From NCBI GenBank assembly GCA_973895155.1, contig OZ316892.1, positions 11,050,420 to 11,114,419 of the forward strand: 64,000 bases of DNA. The letters are read 5' to 3'. The position numbers and the translations under genes are program-made. This stretch comes from Marsupella aquatica. Its lineage: Eukaryota; Plantae; Marchantiophyta. This document shows positions 50,845 through 63,972 of this stretch, piece after piece. Numbering within the stretch: position 1 is the first letter of the stretch; each line of letters begins with the position of its first letter. The notes under the pieces are model-generated. The model saw only the letters and a program-made list of their open reading frames with translations, was not told where the DNA came from and made no database searches.

Positions 50845-53800
50845 TCATACCTAACCTAGACGTAAGAGTAAATACCCAACAGTTGTTTGTAATGTGCTCA
50901 CTTTGGATATTACCAGGTATCAAATTGGCGTTCTGGCTGTGAGTTTAGCTTCTATGCTAAGCTATGAATAGTTATATGTTTTCTTCACCCTGGTAGGACC
51001 TTGCTAGATTCCATAATTAGAATGGTAGTGTACTCTTGGTTGCCCGGAGGTGAATGAAAATTGTGCTACCAGATGGCATCTTAGACCTGATTGCACGACC
51101 TTGTGATTGCAAATCTGACCCAGATGTGAGGTCACAGCTCTCTTTGCAGTTTTTGGGACACACCGCAGCTACTGAAGTCAATTGTTTATGTCATGATCTT
51201 GAGAGTTCATCAACTAGGAGCTATTATTGATATGGAGTGGCCATGCTATCGCTAGGTATGGTTCGGTTGAACGTCCTAAGCACGGTGATGAAGCCGTCCA
51301 ATGTAAGTGTCGCAACCAAAGTAAGTAATAAGACTACTATATTCCGAATGACTGCAGTAATGATGTGAAGTGAGAAATGGATAGCTGGCTCGGCGCACAC
51401 AAAATTGTCACTAAAGCTGCCACGTCTTCTCACCTTCATTTCATAACTCGCTCAGGAAGGTGTACTACAAATGCACATAAAATCCACTACATGTTCAGGA
51501 GTGATGTCGTCAATCCCAAAACATATTTGAGATTTATAAAGCAAAGAGGAGCACTCTATAAACCCCTCACAAGGGCAACATAAATTTCACAATTGAGGAT
51601 GGAGGTGATTACTAAATTCCAAGGGTTGGCATACATGCATCCAACCTAAAGATTCCCTGTGCATCACATCAGATACCCCGAGAACTGATCATATTAAGCA
51701 TTTTGGGCCCCATTTGTCATTCTCTTGTCACGGAGAGAGACTTCTTGGTAACGACTGATCCGAATGGAGAATTGACTCGGGTCTATGAAACGCATGACCC
51801 ACAACGTAAGGAGAAGGATGAGATTTAGAAACTCAAATTTGTCCATGGCAATCGGCTTTCATAATGTGTACCTCGAAACTAATGGGAATTACTAGTGTGT
51901 TCCTCACTATTATGTGCACATAATGCAGTAACACGTCTCTAGTCCGGAACCGTGGACTAGATTTCAGACCAATCACCAATTTAACTCAATCACCAATTCA
52001 ACAACTACAATTGAACTTCCTTGATTCAACACTTTCAAGATTGAGGAACTGAAAACGTAGTGGTCTTGCGCGATCTCACTTCTACAAGTACAACTCTAGT
52101 TTTGACAACGCCGAGGAAAATACTACACTTGACGTCGATCTCAGACCACTTCTAGATGAAAATTAAGAAGATCGTGAGTCAATCTGGATCGTCCAGAGGA
52201 CGACTAGATGTCGAGCTTCAGATAGGTTTTAGTCAGTTCGTCAATGGTCTTCCTACATTTTAACTTATTGTGGCTAAGTGCAGACGAACTCAGTTCCTCA
52301 CTGTTCGTTTCAATCTCAATTCAGTGAGATAAGAGTTGAAGCCATGTAAGTGAGACGGTCCAATTTCCTATCACTCTGCATTCTAATCAGCTCAATTTCA
52401 TAATCTGTTATCCGAGTCTTGTCATGTGGGTCGTTCCTTTAGCACAATCATATCTCTGACTTTCTTTAACCTATCTCAAAATGTTTTTTTAAGTCATCCC
52501 TTACTAGTTATGTAATAGTAAAGTCGTGTATGTAGGGCACGGTGTGTATTAATGCCTGGAAAACGAGAGCTTCAATTCTACTTTTGGGGGGCTACTATTG
52601 CCCGTACTGTTCTGGTAAGAGTACCTTAAGGCCTAAGAGATTTTTATTTTACTAATTTCAGTGAAAGTAACGAAGAAATTTCATACTAAGCTCATCCAAA
52701 TCTTGGCATTCTTTTCCATAAAGCCCTGAAATTCCAAAGAGGAAACTCATAAAGGGCACTAAATATATAATTTGGCCTCAACAGGGCAGCATGGGCCATA
52801 CCAGAGCATTGTGAACCACAAGGCCCCTCATAACAAGTGCTCTAGCTCAAGTTTTGAGGGGCTATTATTGCCAATAATCCCCCTAACCTAAAGCACAACT
52901 TTTATAATGCCCTCATCATGTACTGCAAATTCTTCTCTACAAGGTATGGACAGCTAGAAAGAGAAAAATCACAAAGGGCATTACATCAGAGCCTGCTGCT
53001 ATGAAAGGGCCTGGCTTTTGTCTTTTTTTTGTGATATATGTTTTAGTAGTTTCGGATGAACTGACATGACTGAACTTGCTTTTTTGCAAAAACGGAGTGG
53101 ACCCACAAGTGATATGTTGGTGGCAAGCAATATTGGTGAGAAGAGTAAAGGATTTCTGCACGACCTGTCGACTGAGACAAAGAAGTTTTGTCAAATCATG
53201 GATTCATTGGCAAGTATGTGAAAGACAATGCATCCACTGTTTCTATCGCGAACAGCTTGGCCAATAATTCATTCCAAAATTGCAACGTGACGATTAAAAT
53301 TGTTCTAGCGAAGGGTGATGACGATAAGGAGGATGAGACACCTAGTGACATAGGTGCCAAGAAGTGAGCTAGATGTAGAGATAGATTACAAGTACAAATT
53401 TAAACAGACTACACTTTAGAGCACAATTGATATATGGTAGTTTATATTCCTAGATATATTCATCCACCATGGATTGTACATCAAAGCTTTTCAAGCTATC
53501 ATTCCGCATTCAAAGTTGATTTTCAAGTAACAAGTTTCAGGGTGATCAATTTTCAAGATCCACATATATTGAATAAAGCAAAAACTTTCACTGAACTATT
53601 GTGTGTGCACTTTGGGAATGAACGTGATTGTATTTTTGAATGCCAAGAGAATGACTTGTTTCCGCATGGCATCTGACTGATGTGTCAGAAGGAGTAGTTA
53701 TGTTGCCGAGTTGTGCCAGGATCGTCATTTTGTAGGCCACATTACATCCCCTAGGTGTGTCAGGACCCTACATAATGTAACTTACATGTGTCAGGAGCCT

Positions 53801-54029
53801 AAAATAACGGGAATGACAAGGGCGCCCTGACTACTGTATACACCGGTAAGCGATACCATCCACCTAGATTACTTTGAAATGCCACTGGTTGAGTTGAGGG
53901 CAGGAAACGCAAGGGCCACCGACTTGCAAGGCTGCCCTCAAAGCTCTTCGTTGCAGGACTAGAAAGGACCCGTGGTGTCGAGGGCAACAATCACAGCCAA
54001 TCGGAGCCAATTAGGTTCTTCCCTGATTC

Positions 54030-54055
54030 ATCTGGGCCGTCGATTAACCCTAACA
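54030..54055 (+). promoter_or_regulatory. Site II (TGGGCC) plus telo-box (AACCCTAA) ribosomal-protein promoter module
   Basis: TCTGGGCCGTCGATTAACCCTAAC about 300 bp upstream of the RPL27a ATG; probable 5'UTR intron 54219-54332 (GTGAGT...CAG). Confidence 0.6.
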
Positions 54056-54346
54056 TCGACGGTTTCTCATCATATATCGAACTTTTTCTGTACCGAGTTC
54101 GTTCGCAACACGAACCGCGTTCAAACTCGCAGTCGACACCACCTCGTTTGAGTGACTTCCGTCTCCGCAGTTTCCCCCTTTCGCTACTGCAGTCGGGTGC
54201 TGTTGCCTGCGCTCACATGTGAGTCTTCTCGAGTTCTTGTCGAGAATCGCATTTCTAGCCGACCTCGTCTCCTTCCATAGCTCACGAGCTCGGACCTCAT
54301 TAGCTCTCGAGTCGGTGTGGATTTGTGAGCAGAGGAGGAATTCGCA

Positions 54347-54787
54347 ATGACGACCAGGCTGAAAAAGAACAGGAAAAAGAGAGGCCATGTGAGCGCCGGG
54401 CACGGGCGTATCGGGAAGCACAGAAAGCATCCCGGAGGACGAGGAAATGCCGGAGGTCTGCACCATCACCGGATTTTGTTCGACAAGTACCATCCTGGGT
54501 ACTTCGGGAAGGTCGGGATGAGGTACTTCCACAAGACGATGAATAAGTTTTACTGCCCCCTTGTCAATGTTGATAAGCTGTGGTCCCTCGTGCCCGAAGC
54601 TGTGCGGGAGAAGGCCAGCGGCGAGTCGGCGGCGCCACTTTTGGATGTCACTCAGCACGGCTTCTTCAAGGTCCTGGGCAAGGGCGATCTCCCCTCTCAA
54701 CCGCTCGTAGTGAAGGCGAAGTTCTTCTCCAAGCTTGCCGAGAAGAAGATCAAGGAGGCTGGCGGCGCTGTCGTGCTAACTGCCTAG
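54347..54787 (+). CDS. RPL27a: 60S ribosomal protein L27a (uL15), single coding exon
   Basis: [62 protein letters not shown]...[13 protein letters not shown]. Confidence 0.98.
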   Translation: MTTRLKKNRKKRGHVSAGHGRIGKHRKHPGGRGNAGGLHHHRILFDKYHPGYFGKVGMRYFHKTMNKFYCPLVNVDKLWSLVPEAVREKASGESAAPLLDVTQHGFFKVLGKGDLPSQPLVVKAKFFSKLAEKKIKEAGGAVVLTA

Positions 54788-57700
54788 GTGTATCTTGACT
54801 CGTGTCTTTGTGTCAGATTTACGACTTTTTCTACACGTTGTAACTTCTGAACATTTTTGCATAGCAATGAGAAGCTCGAATCTTGTGTAAATTGATCACC
54901 TCGAATCATAGTATGAGATTTGGTCTTTTCACGGTAGTGTTCGAGCAAAGGTGGAATAGGTGCTCTTTTTGCCGGCTCTGAGCTTTGGTTCTGAAGAGTT
55001 TCAACTTCTTTGATCTGTGACCTATGTAATATTTCGCAATAAGGATTTTTAGATACCGGTTCAGGATACCACTGTCGATGCCTACTCACGTGGCGGTGAG
55101 CTTAATGCTATCTCTGTTTTAATTTTATGTTCAGCACTCTGAACCCTGAAAATTAAGTTTAGGGTTTTTGAATTATCTTCGAATTATGATGTAATTTCCG
55201 ATACCGTCTCATGATAGTCCTGTCTTTGCCTACAGACTTCTTTTCCCTCTACCTTCTTCGTGTTTGGTGCTGTTGATCAACTCGCATTAGCTTACGCCTT
55301 GTGCCCTGGATCTGGTGTTTGATTTGCTCGCTTAGGAGATTTTCTATATGTTTCAAGGCATCGTGCACTGTGTTTTTTGAGCCCGGTAGCTGCAGTGTTC
55401 AGAGTGAGTTATCTCATGGTTTGATTACTTATTTGTTGTTTTTTGTCACCCTGTGACTACATGAGTCTAGCATTATGAGCTTCGAGTCTGTTAGTGACTG
55501 GTGAACTTGATGGTATATTTGTTTCATGTACGTGTTCAGTCTTACGAACCTGAAAGTTGTCAATTCGCAACGTTCTTTTCTGAAGGTGTGGCTTCTTGTT
55601 TTCCCGCGTGAGTGCACTAGCCTCAGTGATTTGTTATTTTGGGGAGTGCTCAAAGAACTGTAGGTTAGAGTTAGTGTTACTTATCATTGTCGTGGGGCCT
55701 TGATTGGTTAGCGGCCTTGTTGGCAATTTCCTTTCATTAGTTAGTGAAGGAGCAGAGATACAGTACTCTAGTACGTTCATTTTCACAATGAACATGAAAG
55801 ACAACTTTGGTTTTTGGAATTTCCGTGGAGCGTTTCTGTGATGACAATTGAAATTGTAACTCGTGAAGAACTACACAGTTTCCAGGAACTCTTTCGTATG
55901 GTCTTGTGGCAATGAAGCTGCATCATATCCATTAGACCGCAATGTGCAGAGATGAAACATCTGCTCGTTGTTGATTTTGACAAGTAATCCGAGTGGCTGA
56001 GGCTCCAATCCGTCCGTTATCTCTAAGTGGCACACCATTGAATGTGTTTCTTTCATGCCTTCCTTCCAGAGATCTTTGTAGTGCAAGATGTTCTCAACGG
56101 CTGGTCAGGTCTGGAAGTTTTTCTTTCACATCAAAGTCTCTTACCTGATCCTTATATGTGATATGTTCATTAAAAAATCTATTCATCTCTAAGTTTCTTG
56201 GCCCATATCGAAAGGACATCATCAATTCCCTCCACACCAAATTTATTTGGCTTTTGCAGCCATCACAACCTCCCTCACATTTCAGCTTCATTAAAGTGAA
56301 TGGTTCGATCCTGCTGAGGATATCACAAGTAGCTTGCAAAACTGCCTTGATCTTCTGTTGAAGCGTGCTCGTAGTGTGAGTGACTACACTCTGCGTATCA
56401 GCTTGGCAATTTTCCTACAGATTATCTTTTAAGCAAACTGATACAAACACTACCTCACATCGGCGACAAGCTTTCTGCCCTGAGCGCCCAACTGCAAAAG
56501 TGAAATCCGACAGCACTTCCGTCCATACAACTGCAACACCTCGACTTTAAAGACATCTTGGTTTCACCTCTTTGGAGAACGCAGTCTCATGAAGGATAAT
56601 GGTGAAGTTCGCAGTGGGTCACTGCTTTCCATTTGTCACTTCGGGTTTCAACCAAAATCACTTCCCATAAGTCACTATCAAAATAGAGGAATCCACCTTC
56701 AAGTACGTTCAGTTGTCAATTCGAGTTTCCACCAGACTGACTTGCCAGGCAAACAAAGAGAAATTCATACATGTCCGATAAGGTTTTTAAAGTAATATCC
56801 TTACAAACGCATTGATTATCGTCAGTTGGATGCCTTTGATCATCGTCTCGACAGCTAATCATTTAATCGACATAGAATCTTAGGATGGGAACCTTTACTA
56901 TGGAAGAGTCCACCCAAAACTTCAAACTCAGAACTTTTGTGGAGAGGAATACACAAACGGAGATATTTGTCCTGTCGACATATTAGAGTCAAACTCTCAT
57001 TACTAGAGCTCTATTGATTGCTTCCGAGATTTCTGTTGAGATCTTTCTCATCGATAGCATCAGGACCTGAAGAAGACTCTTAACTCAAAACTTGTGTGGT
57101 TAGGCAAACGGAGAGATTCGTCCTGAAGACATATTGGAGTCAAACGTCTTACTAGAAGTCATATTACTAGAATTACATATCCCTCAGCTGAAGCTTGAAT
57201 CATTTAAATTGGAGCTGGCGCAATCTTTACTAGATTGTCTTGCCTGGTTGAGCGTACCACTTACTGTATCAAAGTCTTTAAAGTTTAGGGTGAATATAAG
57301 CTACCTTGATTTGGTGACTTTGGCATGCCAGGATGGAGACCACAACATTTAATGTCAGTTTGCACAAAAGAACCGGAAAACTTAAGCACAGAATCAGTGT
57401 GCCTACAAATGTACCGACATATTTTTCAGAATATCCCTTAGCTGAAGCGTGAATCATTTTAAATTGGAGCTGGCGCAACAACTTTTGGTAGATTTTCTTG
57501 CCTGGTCGAGGGTATCATGTACTGTATATATCAAATTCTTTAAAGTTAAAGGCGAGTAGCCATAACCTTGCAGCATATCAAAGTTGTGGGCCTTCTCGAA
57601 CTCTCCCAAGGCAAGAAACTTGATCAAACCGAGTTCACAAGTCGTCGTCACGTACAGGAAAATAGAGACAGGCATGCGTGACTGCGTCATTGAGTGCTAT

Positions 57701-58647
57701 CATATCAGTCGATAACTCGATTGCTGGTTGGAGACTGCGCGCCATGCCAGCGAAAGTACGCTTACTGGTAAGCTGCTGTTCATTAGCGTGCTCAACTGCT
57801 GTACATTAGCGTGCTCAACCAGCTAGCCATGAAGATCTTCAATCGAGCTAGGTGATTGATTGAGATGCCAGAGAGCGAGAGGACTTTAGCTGGTTATCAA
57901 GCAATAACGACCGAGGTGATTGATTGGGATGCCAGGCGTTAAAAGCCAACCACAGCAGGGAATTGTACTGTACGTAGAAGGTGATCAAGGATGCCACAGG
58001 CTGAGGGACTTCAAGTTGATGTTAGCATGCTCGCCACAGCCAATTAAGGTGCTGTACATTGAAGTTAGCTACGGTAGTTCTGCAAATGGAGGCGGAGGTC
58101 TGATCGAGACCAAGATAGAGACAAGTTTAACTCAAAACGTGCATGATAGCAGGGACCTGGCCTCGTTTTCTGACCTTGGAAGGTTGCCCATGAACAATGG
58201 TGGGCGGCTCAAGGTTTTACCTTCATACTCCAATTGTTCCATTCCATTCCCGGGTCCATTCCCTGCCGACCAGCGGCAACAGCTGTGCTGAGATTAGTGC
58301 CATATATATTGCTTGGTTCCAATTTCAGCTAGGCAACCCCTAACCATAGATACATGTCCCGATTGATCATCGGTGCTGAAGTTGAAAATATCCCCCATTT
58401 CCAAAAGCAATCAATGCATCTTACCTCAGGTTACTTTGACGTACGTTGCGTTTGCTAGAGCCTCAGTCATTAAATAGCTTCCTCTGCAGAGCATCTATCA
58501 GTTATTAATAGCTATTCTGCTCCGAGCCCACATTCTCGATCTGGATCTCTCTTCTTACTTTCTCTTGTTCTTGTTCCAATTGGACCTCTATCGTTTTTAC
58601 TGCCAGAGGAAGACAGTTTCATAAGTGGAGGTAAGATAGAGCGATAT

Positions 58648-59061
58648 ATGGCAGACAAGAAGGCAGATATAGCTATCGTGACCATCGGGCATGAAGGATG
58701 CAGAAAAGAACTCGATGCATATCTGGCCGAGTTTGGTCTCCCGCTGGGTCTCCTGCCAGTGCAAGACATTGTGGAGTTGGGGTTCGTGAAGGACACGGGA
58801 TACATATGGCTTGTGCAGAAGAAGAGGGTCGAGCACACCTTCAAGCTTATTAGCAAGCTCGTGAGCTACGACACTGAGGTTTCAGGCTACCTATCGAAGG
58901 AGCCCGTCAAGAAGTGCTCCGGCGTGAAGGCGAAGGAGCTCCTTATCTGGGCACCCTTGGGCGACATCTCCCTTAATAAAGACAGGACACAGATCCATTT
59001 CAAGAGCTTTGGTGGCATTTCTAAGACCTTCGACGTCAAGGCATTCGCCGAAGGCCAGTAG
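58648..59061 (+). CDS. DUF538 family protein (137 aa, intronless)
   Basis: LAEFGLPLGLLP..GFVKDTGYIWL..HTFKLISKLVSYDTEVSG..GVKAKELLIW..IHFKSFGGISKTFDVKAF is the typical plant DUF538 pattern. Confidence 0.9.
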   Translation: MADKKADIAIVTIGHEGCRKELDAYLAEFGLPLGLLPVQDIVELGFVKDTGYIWLVQKKRVEHTFKLISKLVSYDTEVSGYLSKEPVKKCSGVKAKELLIWAPLGDISLNKDRTQIHFKSFGGISKTFDVKAFAEGQ

Positions 59062-59347
59062 TTGAATTGAATGGTCTATCTTACTCCCAGTATTCAGATC
59101 ATCTGCCTCAGCTCTCATGACTGCCTCGATCGGCGTAGACATACATTGCACTACGTGACCTGATCACCCGCCAGCAAGGTCAAGGAATCTTTCATTTAAC
59201 TCACGACATTATGGCAGATCGAAGGCCATCTTGGAACCGGGAATCATGAATACTTATGCATTCAGTCATTCAACTAGAAATGCGTATATGTGCCTGTAGT
59301 ATGTCAATTGATCGCACGGCGATCTGCATTTTCCAATAACGAGGCAG

Positions 59348-59454
59348 TTCAGTTGGGATGATCTCGGAGTTGGGGCTAAACTAGCTTTCAGTAGACAACA
59401 CTTCAGTTCGGAGGATCTCGGAGTTGGGGCTAAATTAGCTTTCAGTAGACAACA
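59348..59454. repeat. About 54-bp tandem duplication
   Basis: TTCAGTT..GATCTCGGAGTTGGGGCTAAA.TAGCTTTCAGTAGACAACA occurs twice. Confidence 0.8.
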
Positions 59455-59601
59455 GTAGTGCAGGCTAGAGAGATACGGGAAATTATCGATACAGTATATC
59501 TTTCGATGCAGTGGTCTTCCAGGCGTTCGATTTCATAATCGTGCCGAGCACAGTAGGGAACCGGCCGGAGGAGAGATCGATACTGTACAGACTTGGCGGA
59601 G

Positions 59602-62600
59602 ATGACGGAGGATAGTGACAAGGAGTCGTTGACGCACACTCCGACATGGGCTGTGGCCGTGGTGTGCGTGATTTTCGTCATTCTCTCTCTCCTTGTGGAA
59701 CGCGGCATTCATAGTCTGGGCAAGGTGCGTACCTTTCCAAAATAACAGCAATGCCGCGCCACTTGTTTAATTGGTTTAAAGGAAGATGACTTCAATTGGT
59801 GGATTGACGATACGTTCAGTTCAATCAATGTGACAATGCTGAGGACTTCGTTGTATGGATTATCCTCGTTTGAGATCCTTGCCTGTGAATGTATCCTCCT
59901 CACCTGAATCACGAAATCCAACGAAGTAACCATAACGATTGGTTTGTCCCTTGAGCTGTCGTCATTGCAGTTGTTTCTACGTAACAAGCAAAAACCTTTG
60001 TACGAGGCGCTGCAGAAGATGAAAGAAGGTGAGGCTAAGCTCATATCGTGGAATCCATTATGTGCGATCTGAAGTGTTTTGCAATTACGAAGGAGTCTGA
60101 AGAACTGCACAATGTTAGGCGCAGCCATCATCTTGGTGAACATTTTGGCATATTGCATGCCCAGCATTGATTGGTGGGCGATCTAGTAGTTCACCAGATC
60201 ACATGCCGATCTAATATATATGCAAACCAGTATGGCTTGTTCAATCAGTCCACGTCGATCGAGTTTTGTGAACATGGTACTAGGCCTTATTGGGGCCCGG
60301 CGTGGGTGCTCGCGCGAAGGCAGACTATTGTCACAAAACCTTGTCGGGCTGAAAAAGTGATGTTCCCCACTGCCGACGTCGATCAACACTTTGCTAGCAA
60401 CAACAGACTTTGAAGGCGAAATATTGAGCCAGCATTTTTATCAAATACAAAATGCATGCACTAGGCACACAGTCGATGTAGATGCTTTGGTAGCGTCAAC
60501 TAACCCAAGCTGTCGCGCTACTTTCGAAGTTCATTCATTAAACCTCGCTGGGCCTTGCTTTGAGAACCCGCAGACTGAGGGGATTAAATAAACTTCAGAG
60601 TGTTCCCAGCTTAATGCTAGCTAGAAGCTCTCTGCAAAATAATCAGGCAGCCGGGTCTCACAAGAATGAAGGACCCGGCCCAGCCCTCAGGCTAATTGAC
60701 ACAAAGCTTGGCTTCTGATGGTTTAATTAAAGCCAATTTGGTGGTTTATTTTCAAACCTGGGGAGCATTCACTCAAATCTGACTATTCCTGTAGCTCTTG
60801 AAGTCAAAAACTAAGTTCAAGCAAAGATAAAATTGCAACCGATTCTTACAGTCTATGGTTTGTTTGATCACCTGCAGAACTGATGCTACTTGGATTCATG
60901 TCATTGCTGCTGACAATTTCCCGGAACCCTATATCTAGGCTCTGTATGCCAGAGGCATGGGCGGATCACTTGTTGCCCTGCCCTGACAGCAACAGGACAA
61001 GGATGGTTTCTCCCACTCTACAAGCATCCCAAAATGTGTTTCTTGACAGAAGTCGGTGCAAAGAGGTAGATTAAAATTCTGCTTGAATGATACATGTCAT
61101 TGATTTGTCCTCGGTCTGGAATGCGTATAGATTCCAGCTGTTGAATGATTGTGTTGAAATAATTTAGAACCATAACCTGCTTGTTTCTTTTAAAATCTAT
61201 ACTACTAAGCTCGAACCACATTACTGTAGAGGTGGATATCACCAACTATTTGCGAGCAAATCTCGGAAATTCAGCTCAGGCTTGGTATCTAAAAACTCTT
61301 ACTCAGACTGTGATTAACTATCATTGCAGGGCTACACACCTGTCTTTCCTCCAGAGAGTCTTCACCAGCTCCACATATTTATCTTTGTCATGGCTGTTAT
61401 TCATGTGTTTTATAGCGGCCTGTCCATGCTTCTAGGAGTCACTCAGGTTGGTACAGTATCTCTTGAACTCATACCAATGTACTACATCTGAAATAATTCA
61501 ATTTCATGTCTTGGCAATCTTGCTAGATTGAACAGCTTATTCCTGTTCTGTGACGAGATCAAACCTCACTGGCCTTGAAGTCAGATCGTAATTAACCTGT
61601 TGGTGATATACGTTGATGAAAAAACATCCGGTCCTACTCTCCACTACGCAAACTAGTCTTGTATGACCAAACCTCTTTGATCAGAGAGCTGATACTACAT
61701 AGTTTCTAGAAACATTCAAAGCCATGCAGCATCTGTACGTGAAAGTGATCATTTGTTCATAGAATGATTTTCACCTCTGACAGTTGCGAAGCTGGAGAAA
61801 GTGGGAGGAGGAAACACATGCAGAAAATTATGATTTCCTAGAAGGTGTGAATCTAATCCTCTATGCTATTTTGAAAGAAAGATTTAACAAAAAGATGTCT
61901 ACTAGCCACGTTAGTGTAGATCGAATATCAGTCAAGTCAAGCTTAACTAAACATCGCAACAGAGGGAAGAAGTGGAACGTTGCTCTAATTAAGTGTTACT
62001 TGCATTATGTTCTTTGATTGAGAACAGGAATCAAACAATCTTTCAGACTACAAAGGCAAATTACTTTTGTGGCTTCCCGCACAAGCAACCCGTGGTTCAC
62101 ATCAGCGTTAGGCCGTTGGGTTGTAAGTTTCCAATTGAACATCATACAAGCTGGCTATTGGTTCTCTGATCAGTATGAACCACTAAATTGAATCTGAGAA
62201 TTTAGAAAAGTACAGAAAATTTGGAAATTTTGGAATTTCAAATCTGGAAGGTTTTACAAGTCATGAGTCTTTTATACTACACCTCGTTATACACATTATT
62301 ATGACTAAAACTTTATGGGTCGCCATTCAATGTGACACAGGCAAGTTTCTTTCGTCAATTTGGAAATGCAGTCACAAAATCTGACTATTTATCCCTTCGC
62401 ATGGGGTTTATCAAGGTACGGTTGTAAATCGTTTGACGTTTTCAACTTGTACTGTGAATATGGCTAAAGGACCATTTTGACACGACCATGATTTGGATCT
62501 CTAGAGGGAAATTTCTCGTTTGAATTAAGCACAGAGTACTGTAGGAGAATGTTGAGAATCAAGGTGTCATGAGCAACGGGACGAGTAAAATAATGGAGCT

Positions 62601-63972
62601 GGATTGGAGAATAATCTGTACTAAGCTTGGGTGTATGCCGATGGTAGACCCACAATGCCTCCAAGAAATTCAATTTCCATGTATATATGATGCGGACTTT
62701 GGAGGATGATTTCAAGCAAATTGTTGGCATAAGGTAAATCTTTCCATCCAGGCAAAAATACCAAAGTGAAAGCCATCCAACAAAATTATGTTCCTTAATG
62801 AAAGGCAACCCAAAATATGGGGAACACACATGAAGTTTTATTTATTGATATAGAAATTTATCAGTTTGAATGTAGTTTATTTTCATTTATAACTTTAGTC
62901 ATAATTCTCTGCAGTCACTAAAAGTTATAGCATTGAGAAAGAAGAGTATTGGATATCATTCGAATGTGCCTTAGATAAAAGGCTTTTGTGGAGGAGCTTT
63001 GAAATTTTGATTGGCTGTTTCTTTGCATGGTTAGTGGGTACCTGTGGATATTTGTAGTCGTCTTCATGGTTCTCAATGTTCACGGTGAGTACTTTTCTTA
63101 GACCCATGTCATTCCTATTTCCACTCTATATAAACCATATTATATAGCCACCATGGCATGGCGTTCGTCTATTCAATGTGTAGACTGAGATTCATTGTCT
63201 TTCTTAGAACACAGTTTTCAACATTGCCACTTTTTTCTTACCTATCAAAGTTCCTTGTGATTAACATTTTTGCAGGTTGGTATGCATATTTTTGGATATC
63301 TTTCATTCCAATTATGGTGAGCCATCCTCGTAAGAGATAAACTACAGTGGCACAAAAAAAGCACTAGACAATTAAAGCATTTCATTGGAGAATTTCAGAG
63401 TGATATTTCAAATTTTAAGAATAAGGAATCATATATCTCACAAGTTACTGATCTCTAACATGCAGATCAACATGATCATAGGGACCAAGCTACAACACAT
63501 CATAACACACTTAGCAGTGGAGACTGCTCAATCCCATATTAGTAAGAGAGTGCCAATCAAGCCTCGGGATGAACTTTTTTGGTTTAATAAGCCACAATTG
63601 CTTCTCTACATGATCCACTTTGTTTTATTTCAGGTAAGTAAACCAAATTTCTATACCTCCGTCATGAGCAGTTTTATGAAGCCTTGATGCTGCTAAATTG
63701 ATACGCATAAACGCATAAGCTAAGTGCAGTCTTCCATTGATAAAAGCAGAGTTAGAGGTAGAGTAAGCTAATAGGCTAGTGTGTGTCAAGTGTAATTACT
63801 AAGTTTGTATGTTAAATTGTCAGTAGTAGCATTGACTATCAATCTAGCTTGTGACGCGTTTTGTCACACACTTTAAGTCTCTTGTTGGAAAATTAATGGA
63901 AAATTACTTATGGCCAAACTTTGGTTGTTTTTACAGAATGCATTTGAGTTATCGTTTTGCCTATGGTTACTG
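59602..63972 (+). CDS. MLO: MLO-family seven-transmembrane protein, 5' part (continues beyond right edge)
   Basis: [126 protein letters not shown], in small GT-AG exons. Confidence 0.95.

Larger units (their letters stand above)
45203..50881 (-). mobile_element. Full-length Ty1/copia LTR retrotransposon, copy B (young)
   Basis: 5' LTR 50881-50461 and 3' LTR 45605-45203, nearly identical apart from one 18-bp unit and about one substitution; TSD GTTGT; PBS TGGTATCAGAGC at 50458-50447; PPT next to 45606. Confidence 0.97.

Noticed and set aside
50662-50859. ORF with (VVPNH)n repeats; CRISPR-like periodicity
   Set aside because: It is only the translation of the 18-bp LTR tandem array: no unique spacers, no cas genes, eukaryotic context.
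54050-54700. 216-aa antisense ORF over RPL27a
   Set aside because: Shadow ORF produced by the biased codon usage of a highly expressed gene.
54347-54787. RPL27a as a processed retrocopy
   Set aside because: The ORF is intact, with a probable 5'UTR intron and site II/telo-box promoter, and no poly(A) tail or TSD.
56920-57550. Pairs of ~80-90 bp degenerate direct duplications
   Set aside because: Ordinary local tandem duplications with no TE termini or coding signal.
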